Position numbers and translations under genes: made by a program. Shown here in pieces: positions 22,849 to 35,255 of a stretch of DNA of 64,000 nt. The notes under the pieces were generated by a model. It had not been told where the DNA came from. It did no database searches and was given only the letters and a program-made list of their open reading frames with translations. Within the stretch, counting starts at the first letter, position 1, and each line of letters begins with the position of its first letter. This DNA comes from Octopus sinensis (Eukaryota): the NCBI RefSeq assembly GCF_006345805.1, contig NC_043006.1, positions 45,508,001 through 45,572,000 of the forward strand, given 5' to 3'.

Positions 22849-23214
22849 GTTAGTGCATATTTTCTTTTTTTCGTTTTTAAAGTTAAATTTTAATCATTAC
22901 AAAATGCTGAATATTTAGTGTGGAACAATAACAATCATGGTTGGACATGATTTCTTAGAGTATTATCTTAATAGGATTATAACTTGTAGCAGCATGAGCT
23001 GTGAATTAACTGGTTATAATGAAGGAAATATTCCAACCAAGATAGCGTGCATATCATGACGGTAAATTGCTGGGATTGTAACACTGAAGAATGAAGAAAA
23101 TTAATTGCCAAATAACCTTAAGAAATAAGTCTTTTTTTTTTTGTGTGCCATTTATACTTATTTTTTCTTGTTTTATTCAATTATTTTAAAGAATTCCAAT
23201 TCAAATTTTTTTTA

Positions 23215-23580
23215 TTCTCATCATCATCATCATCATCATCAGGATCATTATTTAATGTTTGCTTTCCTTGCTGGCATGGGTTGGACGGTTTGACTGGAGT
23301 TGGTGTGCCAGATGACTGCACCACTGTCTGCTTTGGCATGTTTTCCATGACACGATGCTCTTCCTGATGCCAACCACTTTTACAGAGTGTACTTGGTGCT
23401 TTTTATGTAGCACCAGCACTAGTGAGGCCACCAAGTAACTTGCAAGAGAGGACCTCCTCAACTGAATAGAAATACTATCGAAGGAGGTGGCTTTTATGTC
23501 AGGTGATAAATGAGGGATTAAAGCGTAGTAAAGGGACAGACAAGTGTCTTGCAGTAGACGAGATAGATAGGTGCCCCAGT
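23215..23580 (-). mobile_element. Family D repeat, extended version
   Basis: (CAT)n tail and GGCATGGGTTGGACGGTTTGAC; extended part similar to 62280-62480. Confidence 0.7.
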
Positions 23581-23894
23581 TGAAATAAGAGGGAGGTAGA
23601 GCGAGAATGACTATTAATTTGTATCAAAGAAAGATATTAACAACATTCACTGTATAACTCTTTCTACTACACACGCATGCACACACACACACACATGCAC
23701 GCACAGACTAGTGTAGCTCTTTAACGATTACCATATACAGATACTTCCAGAACCTCTTCCACTATTATAGATCTTAACTGTCCTGTGCAATCTCATTGCT
23801 ATCATTGCATCCATCTCTCACATTGATTAAGTTACCAAGGTAACAGTACTTACCTACTGTCTCTGTAGCAGAGACCAGTCTTTGTAGATGGATT

Positions 23895-23897
23895 ATA

Positions 23898-23951
<54 letters not shown>

Positions 23952-24015
23952 TATATATATATAATATATATATATATAAAACACACACACCACACACACA
24001 CATTCATATATAATA
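23895..24015. repeat. (TA)n/(CA)n microsatellite
   Basis: Direct inspection. Confidence 0.9.
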
Positions 24016-26382
24016 TACACTGAGCAGATTATTTTCGTTTCATTAGTTCTCTGTCAGTGTTTCAGATCTTTAACTGCCATTGTTCAATTTTCACTGACAT
24101 GAAATCTACCTGTTGCATTATCCAGAAAAGATGACTGACTACTCACTATTTTCTTTTCTTCTTTCTTTCTTTTTCTTTTTCTTTTTTTTTTTTTATTTTG
24201 ATTATTGACTGGACACATTCTCTTTTATGTTGGGGCTTTTCATCTGAGAATGATATTTGCTTTCAAGTCTTTTGAAGTGTTGTGTTTCCGCATCTCAAGC
24301 TTCTGCAGAGGTTCTTGCACTAAGAAAATAACAAACAAAGCGTCTGTGATACACTAGTATTCATAGGAATACGTGTGAATGATCTTCCTTCTAGAATAGC
24401 CTTGGTTCCATTGAGAAGTACCTACCCTTTGTTCCTATCTGTCGTTATAAATTACGAAACAAACAAATTTTCTGAACCTTAACCAAATGCATTCTATAGA
24501 TTCTCTCTTCCTCTTTTAACAGCTTTATTATTATTATTGTTTTTTTTTTGGGGGGGTGGGTCTCTGTTTTTTTTAGCAGAATAATAAAAGACACCCCTAA
24601 TAGCAGAAATGAAACCCTGATAGCATCTACCTTAATTCTTTAGCTGCACTAAATCAGCTATGACCCTTTCTCTAACCTTCATTATTTCAAAGCAGCTAAT
24701 TCCTATTTTTGGTTGATCTCATAGTTACTAATATTAATGTTCTACTGATTTCTGGTTTGGTTGTCTTTTGTCTTTTTCCTTCCTTTCTTTCTTTTTTTTT
24801 TGTTTTGTTATACCTCTCCCTTCCTCCCTCCCTCCCTCTACCTTGCCTCCCTTCTATTTTATTTATTTTTTTATACTTTGTTTTGTTTCATTTTGTTTGT
24901 GTTCACTTCAGATTTTCCATTGTATCTTAGATGCAGTTGCTAATGGTTACCAGACCTGTTATCTTTATTGTCAGAATATGCTTAGAGTTGTGGAATTGAT
25001 TTTTTTTTTTTTTTTTATACCTAAACAGGTAAACAAAATCAATGGATTATCAATTAGGTTGTTGAAACTACTGACAACTGATCTCTATTTCCAGAGTAGT
25101 TCTTAACTGTTATGGTAATTTTTATGGTCTGATACTGGTGAGAGTTTAGAGGTGTTTTTTTTTTTGTTTTTGTTTTTGGGGGTTTCTTTTTTACCTTATA
25201 AGAACAAAATGGGAAATATTTATTTATTTATTTAGCGATTTTAACAAAAGATAATTCTCTCTTTAGACTTTTTGTTGTTTTTGTTTGTCCAGGCTAAAAT
25301 GGAACACTATGCTATTAAAGTATTAGTTTTTTTTATTGCTTCGTCCTTCCTTTATGTCTATCTCTAAAGAATTGCCAGATGTAGTTGTTAGATCTTATTT
25401 AATTTAATTTTATTTTTTTATATTTTATTTTCTCCCCTCCTATTCAAAAACAAAATAGGGATATATTCATTAAAAGAAGTCAAAATATTATAGGATAAAA
25501 CGAATATGTTTATTTATATTTGGTTATTGTTGAAAGAAGCATTCATTTATTTAAAATAAACACAAATTTAACCTTTTTTTTTTCATTATGCTGTATTTTA
25601 CACGAATAATCTGGTTTTCAATGTTTATCAATGTGAGTATACCTAAGTATGTACATATATATGTATGTATATGTATTTGTATACATGTGTATATATGCAT
25701 GTGTGTATGCATATATGTCTGTGTTTATATATATATATATATATATTCATTAGGTTACATACTTCAGTCGTCTAGATTTACTCACAACTGTGTGAATAAA
25801 ATAGCCAAACTGGATGGAAAGAAAAGAGTGGAAAGATTAATTGAAGAGAAAAGCATAAAAAAGGAAGTTTAATAGCTTGACGAGAAGAACTGTACAAAGA
25901 GAAAGAAGAATGAGTTTGAGAAATGAGGAATAGAAAATACATAGGTTCAAAAGTGATTACGGTCCTTCAGTTTGTTTCAAAATTTTCCCAAGTCGTTTCA
26001 ATGAATGGTGGGAAAGAATTTGGTTCGTTGCTGGCTGGAGTAAAAGAATTTACATGAATTAGTACTTGATTGTTGACAGGTTGAAATTTCAGATTAACAA
26101 ACCTCAATCATTGGGTGGGCAATTGTGTCTGGGTGGTTGTGTGTGTGTGTGTTTTTTAAGAATGTTGGATTTAAATTTGTTATTAGATTGCAGGGAACCA
26201 TTCAGCCATTTGCATGTGTTTTGAATGTTACCTTAAAACAGAAGCTGCGAAGCTCTTTTTCTCCCTTTTTTTTTGTTGATGTTGGAAGGCCTTCACTGAA
26301 GTTCTTAACTGTCGTCTGATTAGACTGCATTTCTGGGTATAAAAACAATAATACTCCTAAAGTTATAACTTTGTCAAATATA

Positions 26383-26765
26383 TAGGTGCAGGTATGGCTG
26401 CGTGGTTAAGAAGCTTACTTTACAATCACATGGTTTCAGGTTCAGTCCCACAGCATGGCACCTCATGCAGGTGTGTTCTGCTATAGTCTCGGGCTGACCA
26501 ATGCCTTATGAGTGAATTTGATAGATGGCAACTGTGTGGAAGCCTGTTGCGTGTGTATATTTGTTTGTGTGTGTGTTTTTGTTTATTTGTGTGTATGTGT
26601 GTCCCCACTACTTGACAACTGGTATTGGTTTGTTTACATTCCTGTAACTTACCAGTTCAGCAAAAAGGACCAAAATGTACTGGGGTTGATTTGTTCAACT
26701 AAATTCTTGAAGGTGATACCCCAGCATGGCCATAGTACAAAGACTGAAACAAAAGGTAGAAGATA
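26383..26765 (+). mobile_element. SINE family A, degenerate
   Basis: Head, microsatellite and tail recognisable. Confidence 0.75.
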
Positions 26766-26872
26766 AAAACTCTAACAAAAGTTTTTAAAAAATGTTTGAG
26801 TCTTGGATAAAGTATCCGCCATAACGTTAATTTTTATATATCTAAAAAAAAATTTTTTGGTATCTCTTTGTT

Positions 26873-27097
26873 TTAACCCCTTAGCGTTTAAACCAGTCAT
26901 GTCAGGCCCAAATTTTCTATTTGTTTTATGTTTAAACTGACCAAATCTGGCCTCTCACACCCACCCTAGAATGTCATCCTAAAAAGATACAAATCACATC
27001 ATTGACATCTTGAAACTACAAGATAATGGATAATTAATTCAAAACTATGTGAAGAAACACTGCATTTGACAGAGTAATCTGGATGATAAAAAGTTAA
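26873..27097 (+). mobile_element. piggyBac-type MITE, family E
   Basis: TTAA-CCCCTTAGC...AAAAAG-TTAA; interior matches 387-604. Confidence 0.75.
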
Positions 27098-27107
27098 ACA
27101 CAGTTTA

Positions 27108-27508
27108 AGGAGTGGCTGTGTGGTGAGTAGTTTGCTTGCCAACCACATGGTTCTGGGTTCAGTCCCACTGCGTGGCACCTTAGGCAAGTGTCTTCTACTA
27201 TAGCCTTGGGCCAACCAAAGCCTTGTGAGTGGATTTGGTAGAGAGAAACTGAAAGAAGCCCGTCATATATATGTATATATATGTGAATGTATATGTGTGT
27301 ATATATGTTTGTGTGTCTGTGTTTGTCCCCCAATATTGCTTGACAACCGATGCTGGTGTGTTTACGTCCCCGTAACTTAGCAGTTCAGCAAAAGAGACCG
27401 ATAGAATATGTACTATGTTTACAAAGAATAAGTCCTGGGGTCGATTTCTTCAACTAAAGGCAATGCTCCAGCATGGCTGCAGTCAAATGACTGAAACAAG
27501 TAAAAGAG
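27108..27508 (+). mobile_element. SINE family A, full length
   Basis: Matches the family A consensus. Confidence 0.9.
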
Positions 27509-28373
27509 ACAGTTGTAGTGACTTTTAACGATTGTAGATATAAATTCAAGGCAGTGCCCCAGAATGGCCACAGTGCAATGACTGAAACTAGTGAAAGATA
27601 AGAAAAAAAAGAAATGTAAATAGGCGTTTCTATAAAGTTTAATTAGTTGAACAGGGTATGTCATTGATGAGGTTACGAATAGTGACAAAAGGATTTTGAT
27701 AAATCTAGCTGATTGATTGATTGAGTGACTGAATCATTAATCAGACAGTTGATTAGTTAATTGCTTAAAACTTAACAAACTGACTAGATCAGAAAAAGGA
27801 ACTAAAAATTATTTAAGAATGTTCCCTGGCATACCATCCATGCAGGAAGTGCAAAAGATTGTCTTAACTGGTATGTCACATGTATTGAGAAGAGCATTGT
27901 CGCTTTGAATTTTCTCCCCCCCCCTCCTCCCTTTATTTTCTTTGTTTACTTTTTTATTTTTTATTTTTTCCTCTGTCTTTTCTTCCTCTTTGCAAATAGA
28001 CAATTTAGTGTGTTTATTTTAATGGCCTACCAATGTATACAGTGTGTTTCTCTACCCTAGGTGTTAGGAAGACACTCGGCAAGAAATGGAAACAAAATTG
28101 AAAGATGATAATGAAAATAATAGTAATGATAATATTAACAATAATAAAGAAGTGAAATGGAACTAGTGCTTGGGTTTTATTGGCATAATGACCTTCCTAA
28201 AATACAACAAAATCTGTTTTAACACATGAGTTCACATCAAAAATCTTGCAAAAGAGACTAGAATATGTATCAGACTTGAAAAAACCATGTAGTGGAGTTT
28301 GTTTGTTTGACTAAACCCTTCAAGGCAGTGCTCCAGCATGGTCACAGTCTTGTGACTGAAACACGTAAAAGAT

Positions 28374-28683
28374 ACACATGGTTCCAAGTTCAGTCCCACT
28401 TCGTAGCACCCTGGGTAAGTGTCTTCTACTATAGCCTCAGGCTGACCAAAGCCTTGTGAGTGGATTTGGTAGACAGAAACTGAAAGAAGCCCATCATATA
28501 TATATATATATATATATACACGATGAGCTTTCAGATTCCATCTATCAAATCCACTCACGAGGCTTCAGTCAGCCTGGGTCTATAGCAGAAGATACTTGCC
28601 CAAGGTGTTATGCAGTGTGACTGAACCTGCAACCAGGTGGTTGCAAAGTGAGATTCTTAACTACACAGCCATGGCTCTGCTTA
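28374..28683. mobile_element. Inverted pair of SINE A heads around (TA)n
   Basis: Plus head 28374-28497, TA run, minus head about 28521-28683. Confidence 0.8.
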
Positions 28684-29467
28684 TCACAACTACATCATCC
28701 ATGGTATTTATTGAGTTATTTTCACTACCCACTTTTCACTTTTAAATATCTGTAACCTTAGTAACAATAGCTATTAATAAGTTTGAGGTGTTAGACTGTT
28801 GATCACGCATAAGTTCAAAAATTGTATTATAACCATTACATTCTTCATTTTTTCTTCTCTTCAAATAGCTTCAGCAAGGGAAGAAGGGCAATATTCATAG
28901 CTCCTTTCAGACCTTTGAGGCTGGGGGTAGGAGAAGGGAGAAATTATTCTCAAACCAGAGACATGGCATGAGTACTTGCAACAGAATGGACTCAGCCAAA
29001 GGTACCAAAGGGCCATCAACTTGTGGAGTTAAACCGTGTAACGGGTTGTGTGCCTAACCTAAAAGTAACTAGTGCAAAGTGCATCCACCCATAAAAAAAT
29101 AGTTGCTCCAATACAAACCATCCCACCTATACAAGATTAAATAAATAATAGATATATAAAATAACAAGGAATTTGAGGGTAACTAGTGAAGGTGTGTATT
29201 GATCTGAATTAAAATTTAGAGATTAGCAAAATGTTAGGTACAATTGGTGAATTAGTGAATTAGTGAATTGTAAAATCAGAAATGGGTTCATTTCAGTGTT
29301 GGGTAATTTTTCTTCAGATACAACTGTCTATCTCTTGGTTTGTTTCTCTTTTTTTAAAAAAAAAAAGTCTTAATTTACCAAAATCCCAACTTTGCGGTTG
29401 GCAGCTCAAATCATACTGCATCGTAACATGATGCTGTCTGACACCATATTATATTATAAACTATATA

Positions 29468-29672
29468 TGAGGGGGTGCTGGAAAGTTCTTGGTTTTGGGC
29501 AAAAGAAAATACAGGAGAATCAGTTAATTATGACTTTATTGAACATATTCCCCCCTCAGATTCACACACTTATTGCAATGGTCCTTCAGTTTTTCTAAGC
29601 TCTGTAAAAGAACTTGGAAGTTAGGGCCTCCAACCAGGCTTTTTGTGATACTCTTGAAACCAGGAATTTTTC
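29468..29672. mobile_element. mariner-derived MITE
   Basis: TA-TGAGGGGGTGCTGGAAAGTTCTTGG left end and partial inverted copy CCAGGAATTTTTC on the right. Confidence 0.6.
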
Positions 29673-29856
29673 ATGTATGTATTTATGTGTGCGTATATAT
29701 ACATATACATATATATATATATATATATATAAATACACACACACACTCACACACAATATATATTATGTAGGTCCTGATATGGTAGACAATCAACTACACA
29801 CCTTGTGTAACTTTTCACATGGAATCATGTACCATGGGTTAGAAAGGAGTGTAACT

Positions 29857-30212
29857 ATAGGTGCAGGAGTGGCTGTGTAGTAAGTAGCTTGCTTATCAAC
29901 CACATGGTTCTGGGTTCAGAACCATGTGGTTGGTAAGCACCTTGAAAGAAGCCCGTCGTATATATGTGTATGTATGTATATATATATGTGTGTGTGTGTT
30001 TGCGTGTCTGTGTTAGTCCTCCCAACATCGCTTGACAACCGATGCTGGTGTGTTTACATCCCCGTAACTTAGCAGTTCGGCAAAAGAGACCGATAGAATA
30101 AGTACTAGGCTTACAAAGAATAAGTCCAGAGGTCAATCTGCTCGACTAAAGGCAGTGCTCCAGCATGGCCGCAGTCAAATGACTGAAACAAGTAAAAGAG
30201 TAAAGAGAGTAA
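29857..30212 (+). mobile_element. SINE family A with internal fold-back inversion and deletion; extra tail copy at 30271-30333
   Basis: 22-bp inverted repeat 29891-29938 replaces the part of the head seen in intact copies. Confidence 0.85.
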
Positions 30213-30435
30213 TAATAAAGTAGTGGTGTATTCATTCTTCTTAATTAAATTTTATATATTTTATATATTTTAAAGGCGGTGCTCCAGCATGGCTGCAGTC
30301 AAAATGACTGAATCAAGTAAAAGAGTAAAAGAGATATCTATATATTTATGTATATTATATGTTTTTATGTAGTGTTATAGATAAAAAACAGTTTAACATT
30401 AACGTGAAGAATTACTCAATACTTTTTAGTAGATA

Positions 30436-30640
30436 ACATCATCATCATCATCATTTAATATCTACTGTCCATGTCGGCATGGGTTGGGTGGTTTGACCAG
30501 GGCTGGTAGGCTGAGGGCCTGCACCAGACTCCATTCTGATTTGGCATGGTTTCTATAACTGGATGCCCTTCCTAATACCATTCACTCCGAGAGTGTGATG
30601 GGTGCTTTTACATTCCACCAGCATGACACCAGTAACTGCT
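30436..30640 (-). mobile_element. Family D repeat
   Basis: (CAT)n...GGATGCCCTTCCTAATACC. Confidence 0.8.
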
Positions 30641-31085
30641 ACAACTACGATTCGATTTCAATAACATGTTTATTAAACTCATGCATGAAGGTGGTTGACA
30701 GTGACTTCAAAGTTTCAGCCTACTAGAGTTCATTGTGTGTGTGTATTTACATAGCATATTATATAACACTGCATCATCACATACCATACTGTGTCATATA
30801 ATATCAAAACATACTGTAACAATATACAATCTAGTTTCCACCCAAAAATTCAATGTTGCATTCATTGAATATAACATTGAATTTTTTTACCAATATTTTC
30901 CATTCCTTTCATCTTGGACTTCTTTATGCATTTCATTGTTCTCATCACAGTCCATCTCTCATTATCAATAAGCCAGTCTCTCCTTGATTTCCTTCTTCTC
31001 CAGATACCTTCTATTTTTGGAAAAATTTTTTGTATTTGTTCAGTGACCCAGTCATTCCACTTATAGTAATATGAGATACAGCTCT

Positions 31086-31488
31086 TAGCAGTATTTCATG
31101 TCTTTACGTTCTGAGTTCAAATTCCACTGGAGTCGACTTTGCTTTTCATTCTTTCATTCTTTCAGGGTCAATAAATTAAGTACCAGTTGTGTTCTGGGGT
31201 TGATCTAATTGACTGGCCCCCTTCCCAAAAATTTTGGGCCTTGTGCCTAGAGTAGAAAAGAATATTAAGCAGGATGAAAGCAGTGAGCTGGCAGAAACGT
31301 TAGCACACCGGGCGAAATGCTTAGTGGTATTTCATCTGTCTTTACATTCTGAGTTCAAATTCCACCGAAGTCAACTTTGCCTTTCATTCTTTCAGAGTCG
31401 ATAAATTTAGTATCAGTTGTGTATTGGGGTTGATCTAATCGACTGGCTCCCCACAAAATTTTGGGCCTTGTGCCTAGAGTAGAAAAGA
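31086..31488 (+). mobile_element. SINE B dimer flanked by a single 15-bp TSD
   Basis: ATGAGATACAGCTCT at 31071-31085 and 31489-31503. Confidence 0.75.
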
Positions 31489-31503
31489 ATGAGATACAGC
31501 TCT

Positions 31504-31722
31504 AAGGCGGCAAACTGGCAGAATCATTAGCAAGCGGGGCAAAATGCTTAGCAGCATTTCATCTTTCATTACATTCTGAGTTCAAATTCTGCCGTGGTCA
31601 ACTTTGCCTTTAATCCTTTTGAGGTTGATAAAATAAGTATCAGTTGAGCACTGAGGGTCGATGTAGTTAACTTACCCCCTGCTCTGAAATTGCTGGCCTT
31701 GTACCAAAAAAATGAAACCAAT
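31504..31722 (+). mobile_element. SINE family B
   Basis: AAGGCGGCAAACTGGCAGAA head. Confidence 0.85.
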
Positions 31723-31739
31723 ATAAAATACAACTCTGT

Positions 31740-31975
31740 TTCTTATTTCTTTATTGCCCACAAGGGGCTAAACATAGAGGGGACAAACAAGGACAGACAA
31801 AGGGATTAAGTCGATTACATCGACCCCAGTGCGTAACTGGTACTTAATTTATCGACTCCGAAAGGATGAAAGGCAAAGTTGACCTCGGCGGAATTTGAAC
31901 TCAGAATGTGACGGCAGATGAAATACCGCTAAGCGTTCTGCCTAGCGTGCTAACATTTCTGCCAGCTTGCCGCCT
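31740..31975 (-). mobile_element. SINE family B, young
   Basis: Close to consensus along its length. Confidence 0.9.
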
Positions 31976-32005
31976 TTCTTATTAAGTATATTGTACTAGT
32001 ATACT

Positions 32006-32420
32006 GGTGTGGGAGTAGCTGTGTGGTAAGAAGTTTGCTTCCCAACCACATGGTTGCGAGTTCAATCCCACTGTGTGGTACCTTTGGCAGGTTATCTTCT
32101 ACTATAGCCATAGTCCGACCAAAGCCTTTTGAGTGGATTTGGTAGACAGAAACTGAAAGAAGCCCATCATGTATGTGTATATATATGTGTGTGTGTATGT
32201 GTGTGAATTTGTTATTTGTGTCTGTGTTTGTCCCCCCAAGATCACTTGCAACTGATGTTGGTGTTTATGTCCCCATCACTTAGCGGTTCGCCAAAAGAGA
32301 CCGATAGAATAAGTACTACGCTTACAAACATTAAGTCCTGGGGTCGATTTGTTCGACTAAAGGCGGTGCTCCAGCATGGCCACAGTCAAAAAGACTGAGA
32401 CAAGTAAAAGAGTAAAAGAG
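32006..32420 (+). mobile_element. SINE family A, full length
   Basis: Matches the family A consensus. Confidence 0.9.
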
Positions 32421-33119
32421 ATCTTGAATTCTCAATGTTTATATACTTGCTAAGCCTTCTCACGCAGGAATTTCCATATTAATTATCAAAGTATTTTATA
32501 TATATTTTGTATGATATTTATTTTTATTTTTAAAATTAATATTATGTTGACACATAAACAGACACACAAAGAACACGTGTGTATATATTTGTGTGCATAT
32601 ACATATATATATATGTATATGTGTGTTTATACTGTGTGTGTGTGTGCGCGTTTTGTTGTTATTGTTGTTCAGAGAGAATCTTTGTTGATTGGCTAATTGC
32701 CTAGAGACTCTGCTGTAAAGTTTTTATTATTTTCAATGTCTGCCGTTTTTTTAATGTTGGAACAGGATGGTAGAGCTCAGCTGAAGGCAACAGCTGGACT
32801 AACCACTTAACTAACTTGGTGGAGCATTCTATATAATATGGCTCTCCTTCTCTTTGATTCATATTAGAGAGATAGTTGTGTTACTTACTCATTAATACTT
32901 TTGCATACTGGATCAGCCCACTTAAGCCTGCAAAATACAATGTTCTATATTCATTATTTTCATTTTTTTTTTCCTCATTTCAAAAAAAAAAAAAAAAAAA
33001 AACTTTATTTATTTATTAATGCTATCACGATTGCCAGTCACTTATTTTACTATATCCAAGCCACTATATCGTAGCAAATATATGTTTATTAACATCAAAT
33101 CTATCATCCTGATATATTC

Positions 33120-33143
33120 ATATTATTATCATCATCATCATCA

Positions 33144-33234
<91 letters not shown>

Positions 33235-33246
33235 TTATTATTATTA

Positions 33247-33295
<49 letters not shown>
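33120..33295. repeat. (TAT)n microsatellite
   Basis: Direct inspection. Confidence 0.95.
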
Positions 33296-33298
<3 letters not shown>

Positions 33299-33525
33299 TA
33301 GTTTTATTTTTATAGCGTGCTTTCACTTCACTACTGAGCGCAGCTCTGTGTGCCTTGGGTATGTGCTGTGATTTGTTGTGATGCTCTGATGGTTATTGTA
33401 TGGAAAGTGTTCTGCGTAGGATGTGTGCAGTGCCTAGTAGGATGTGTGCAGTGCCTAGTAGTGCAATTTTCTGTATGTTATATGTGTTTGTAAGTCCTGG
33501 TGTTTTTGTTATGTATTTGTCTGAA

Positions 33526-33527
<2 letters not shown>
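33296..33527 (-). pseudogene. 5'-truncated Dong/R4-clade non-LTR retrotransposon (C-terminus and 3' UTR) inside (TAA)n
   Basis: Minus translation YSDKYITKTPGLTNTYNIQKIALLGTAHIL(LGTAHIL)RRTLSIQ* carries the QKxxLLGTAxILR C-terminal motif of R4/Dong elements; TAA repeats on both sides. Confidence 0.75.
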
Positions 33528-33572
<45 letters not shown>

Positions 33573-33597
33573 TATTATTATTATCATTATTATTATT

Positions 33598-33914
33598 GAG
33601 TGAGAGAGCAGTGCATGCCATCAAAGTGACACTGGGGTAAAATATACGAAGCCCAATATAGCCATCATGACTACCCGTCTAATAAGGGTACAACAGGCAC
33701 ATGCATCACAACCATAAGTGTGCGACATGGTGATCTCATATCAAGATAAACAGTGCATGACCTTGCAGGTGGGGCCCAGTTAGAATTTTCTTTTGGTCGA
33801 GTAACCCATCCCGCTCAAAAGGTCCCTGATCCCATGTTTCCAGAGGTGAATTATTCAAACCCCAAAGAATCCCTCTCAACACATGGTTATGATACTCACC
33901 CACTATTTCTGCTT

Positions 33915-33915
<1 letters not shown>
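33598..33915 (-). mobile_element. Non-coding repeat embedded between (AAT)n tracts, possibly a retroelement UTR
   Basis: GC-richer segment with sharp junctions into TAT repeats on both sides; family identity from memory only. Confidence 0.45.
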
Positions 33916-33946
<31 letters not shown>

Positions 33947-34179
33947 GGTGTACAACTACAATTTAATTCAATTTATTTTCATTGAATGCAACAAATTACA
34001 AGATGAACAAAAAACAATTTGAAATAAAAGCAATATTTAACATACTGCAAATGAAATATATTGATGCTAATATGGTTAATTATATCAAAGAAACTTCTCA
34101 TTGTTTAATTTGAAAGTGATTGGTGAAGGGGGAGACTCTGAGCAAGCTTTTGTCAATTATATCTTTCAGCAAAAATTAA

Positions 34180-34238
34180 TATATATATATATATATATAT
34201 TCATGATTTTAAACCCATTTTCTTGCCTTCATTTTATT

Positions 34239-34320
<82 letters not shown>

Positions 34321-34410
34321 ATGTGTATATATATATATATATATAATATATATATATATGTATGCATAATTTCAATTATACATATATTTATATATATTCA
34401 ATTATTTATG

Positions 34411-34443
<33 letters not shown>

Positions 34444-34460
34444 TATATATATATTCAGTT
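34180..34460. repeat. (TA)n-rich tracts
   Basis: Direct inspection. Confidence 0.9.
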
Positions 34461-34681
34461 ATATACATATATATATTCAATTATATATTCTACAATTGAT
34501 GATTTTGTCAAATATTTTGCTTCTATATTGTCAATCAAGACACCCTGTTTCCTTATTTATGTAATTTTCTTTTTACTATAAACCATTTTTGCTCGGCACC
34601 AAATTCTTTAATGACAATTATTACACACATTGTTTTTTTCTCTTCTGTTTTTTTTTCTTCTTCTTTCTTCTACCCTACTAG

Positions 34682-34729
34682 CTTTTGATGATTATGGATC
34701 GTTCTTTACGAAATGGCCTCTATACCACG
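34682..34729 (+). CDS. Candidate 48-nt internal exon of an unidentified gene
   Basis: About 50-nt polypyrimidine tract, CTAG acceptor, 48 nt open in two frames (LLMIMDRSLRNGLYTT or xFDDYGSFFTKWPLYHx), then CG|GTGAGA donor; non-repetitive context. Confidence 0.35.
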
Positions 34730-34923
34730 GTGAGATTTCAGTCTTTATACACACGACTGCTCCTATCGGCTGCTACATTATAAGCATATTTTTCACTAAC
34801 CTGTTTTCTGATTATTATTTTTGCCTGTTTTTTATCTGCTGTCTAGTGTCATGAATATTATAAAGAAACACATATTTTTTTTAGAAATTTTTGCAAAGAA
34901 CATTTCCAGTTACTTTCTGCTGC

Positions 34924-34980
<57 letters not shown>

Positions 34981-35024
34981 TACTATTATTATTATTATTA
35001 TTATTATTAGCATTAGTATTATTT

Positions 35025-35230
35025 AAGGCTGAATCTTTAGCACACTGGATGAAATGCCTTCTGGTATTTTACCCATTGCTATGTTCTGAGTTCAAATTCT
35101 GATGAGGTCAACTTTGCCTTTCACCCTTTCGGGGTCGATAAATTAAGTACCAGTTGCGTTCTGGGGTTGATGTAATCGACTTACTAACTTCCCCCCCGAA
35201 TTTGAGGCCTTGTGCTTCCAGTAGAAAGGA
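35025..35230 (+). mobile_element. SINE family B
   Basis: Between (ATT)n tracts. Confidence 0.8.
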
Positions 35231-35255
35231 TTATTATTATTATATAAATATAAAT

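Noticed and set aside
23840-23890. Perfect minus-strand donor AG|GTAAGTAC with a possible 9-nt exon
   Set aside because: Opposite to the inferred transcription direction, with a poor acceptor tract; an isolated match is expected by chance.
35095-35110. CTGATGA heptamer
   Set aside because: Created by substitutions within a SINE B (consensus CCGCCGAGG), with no downstream GAAA or stems.
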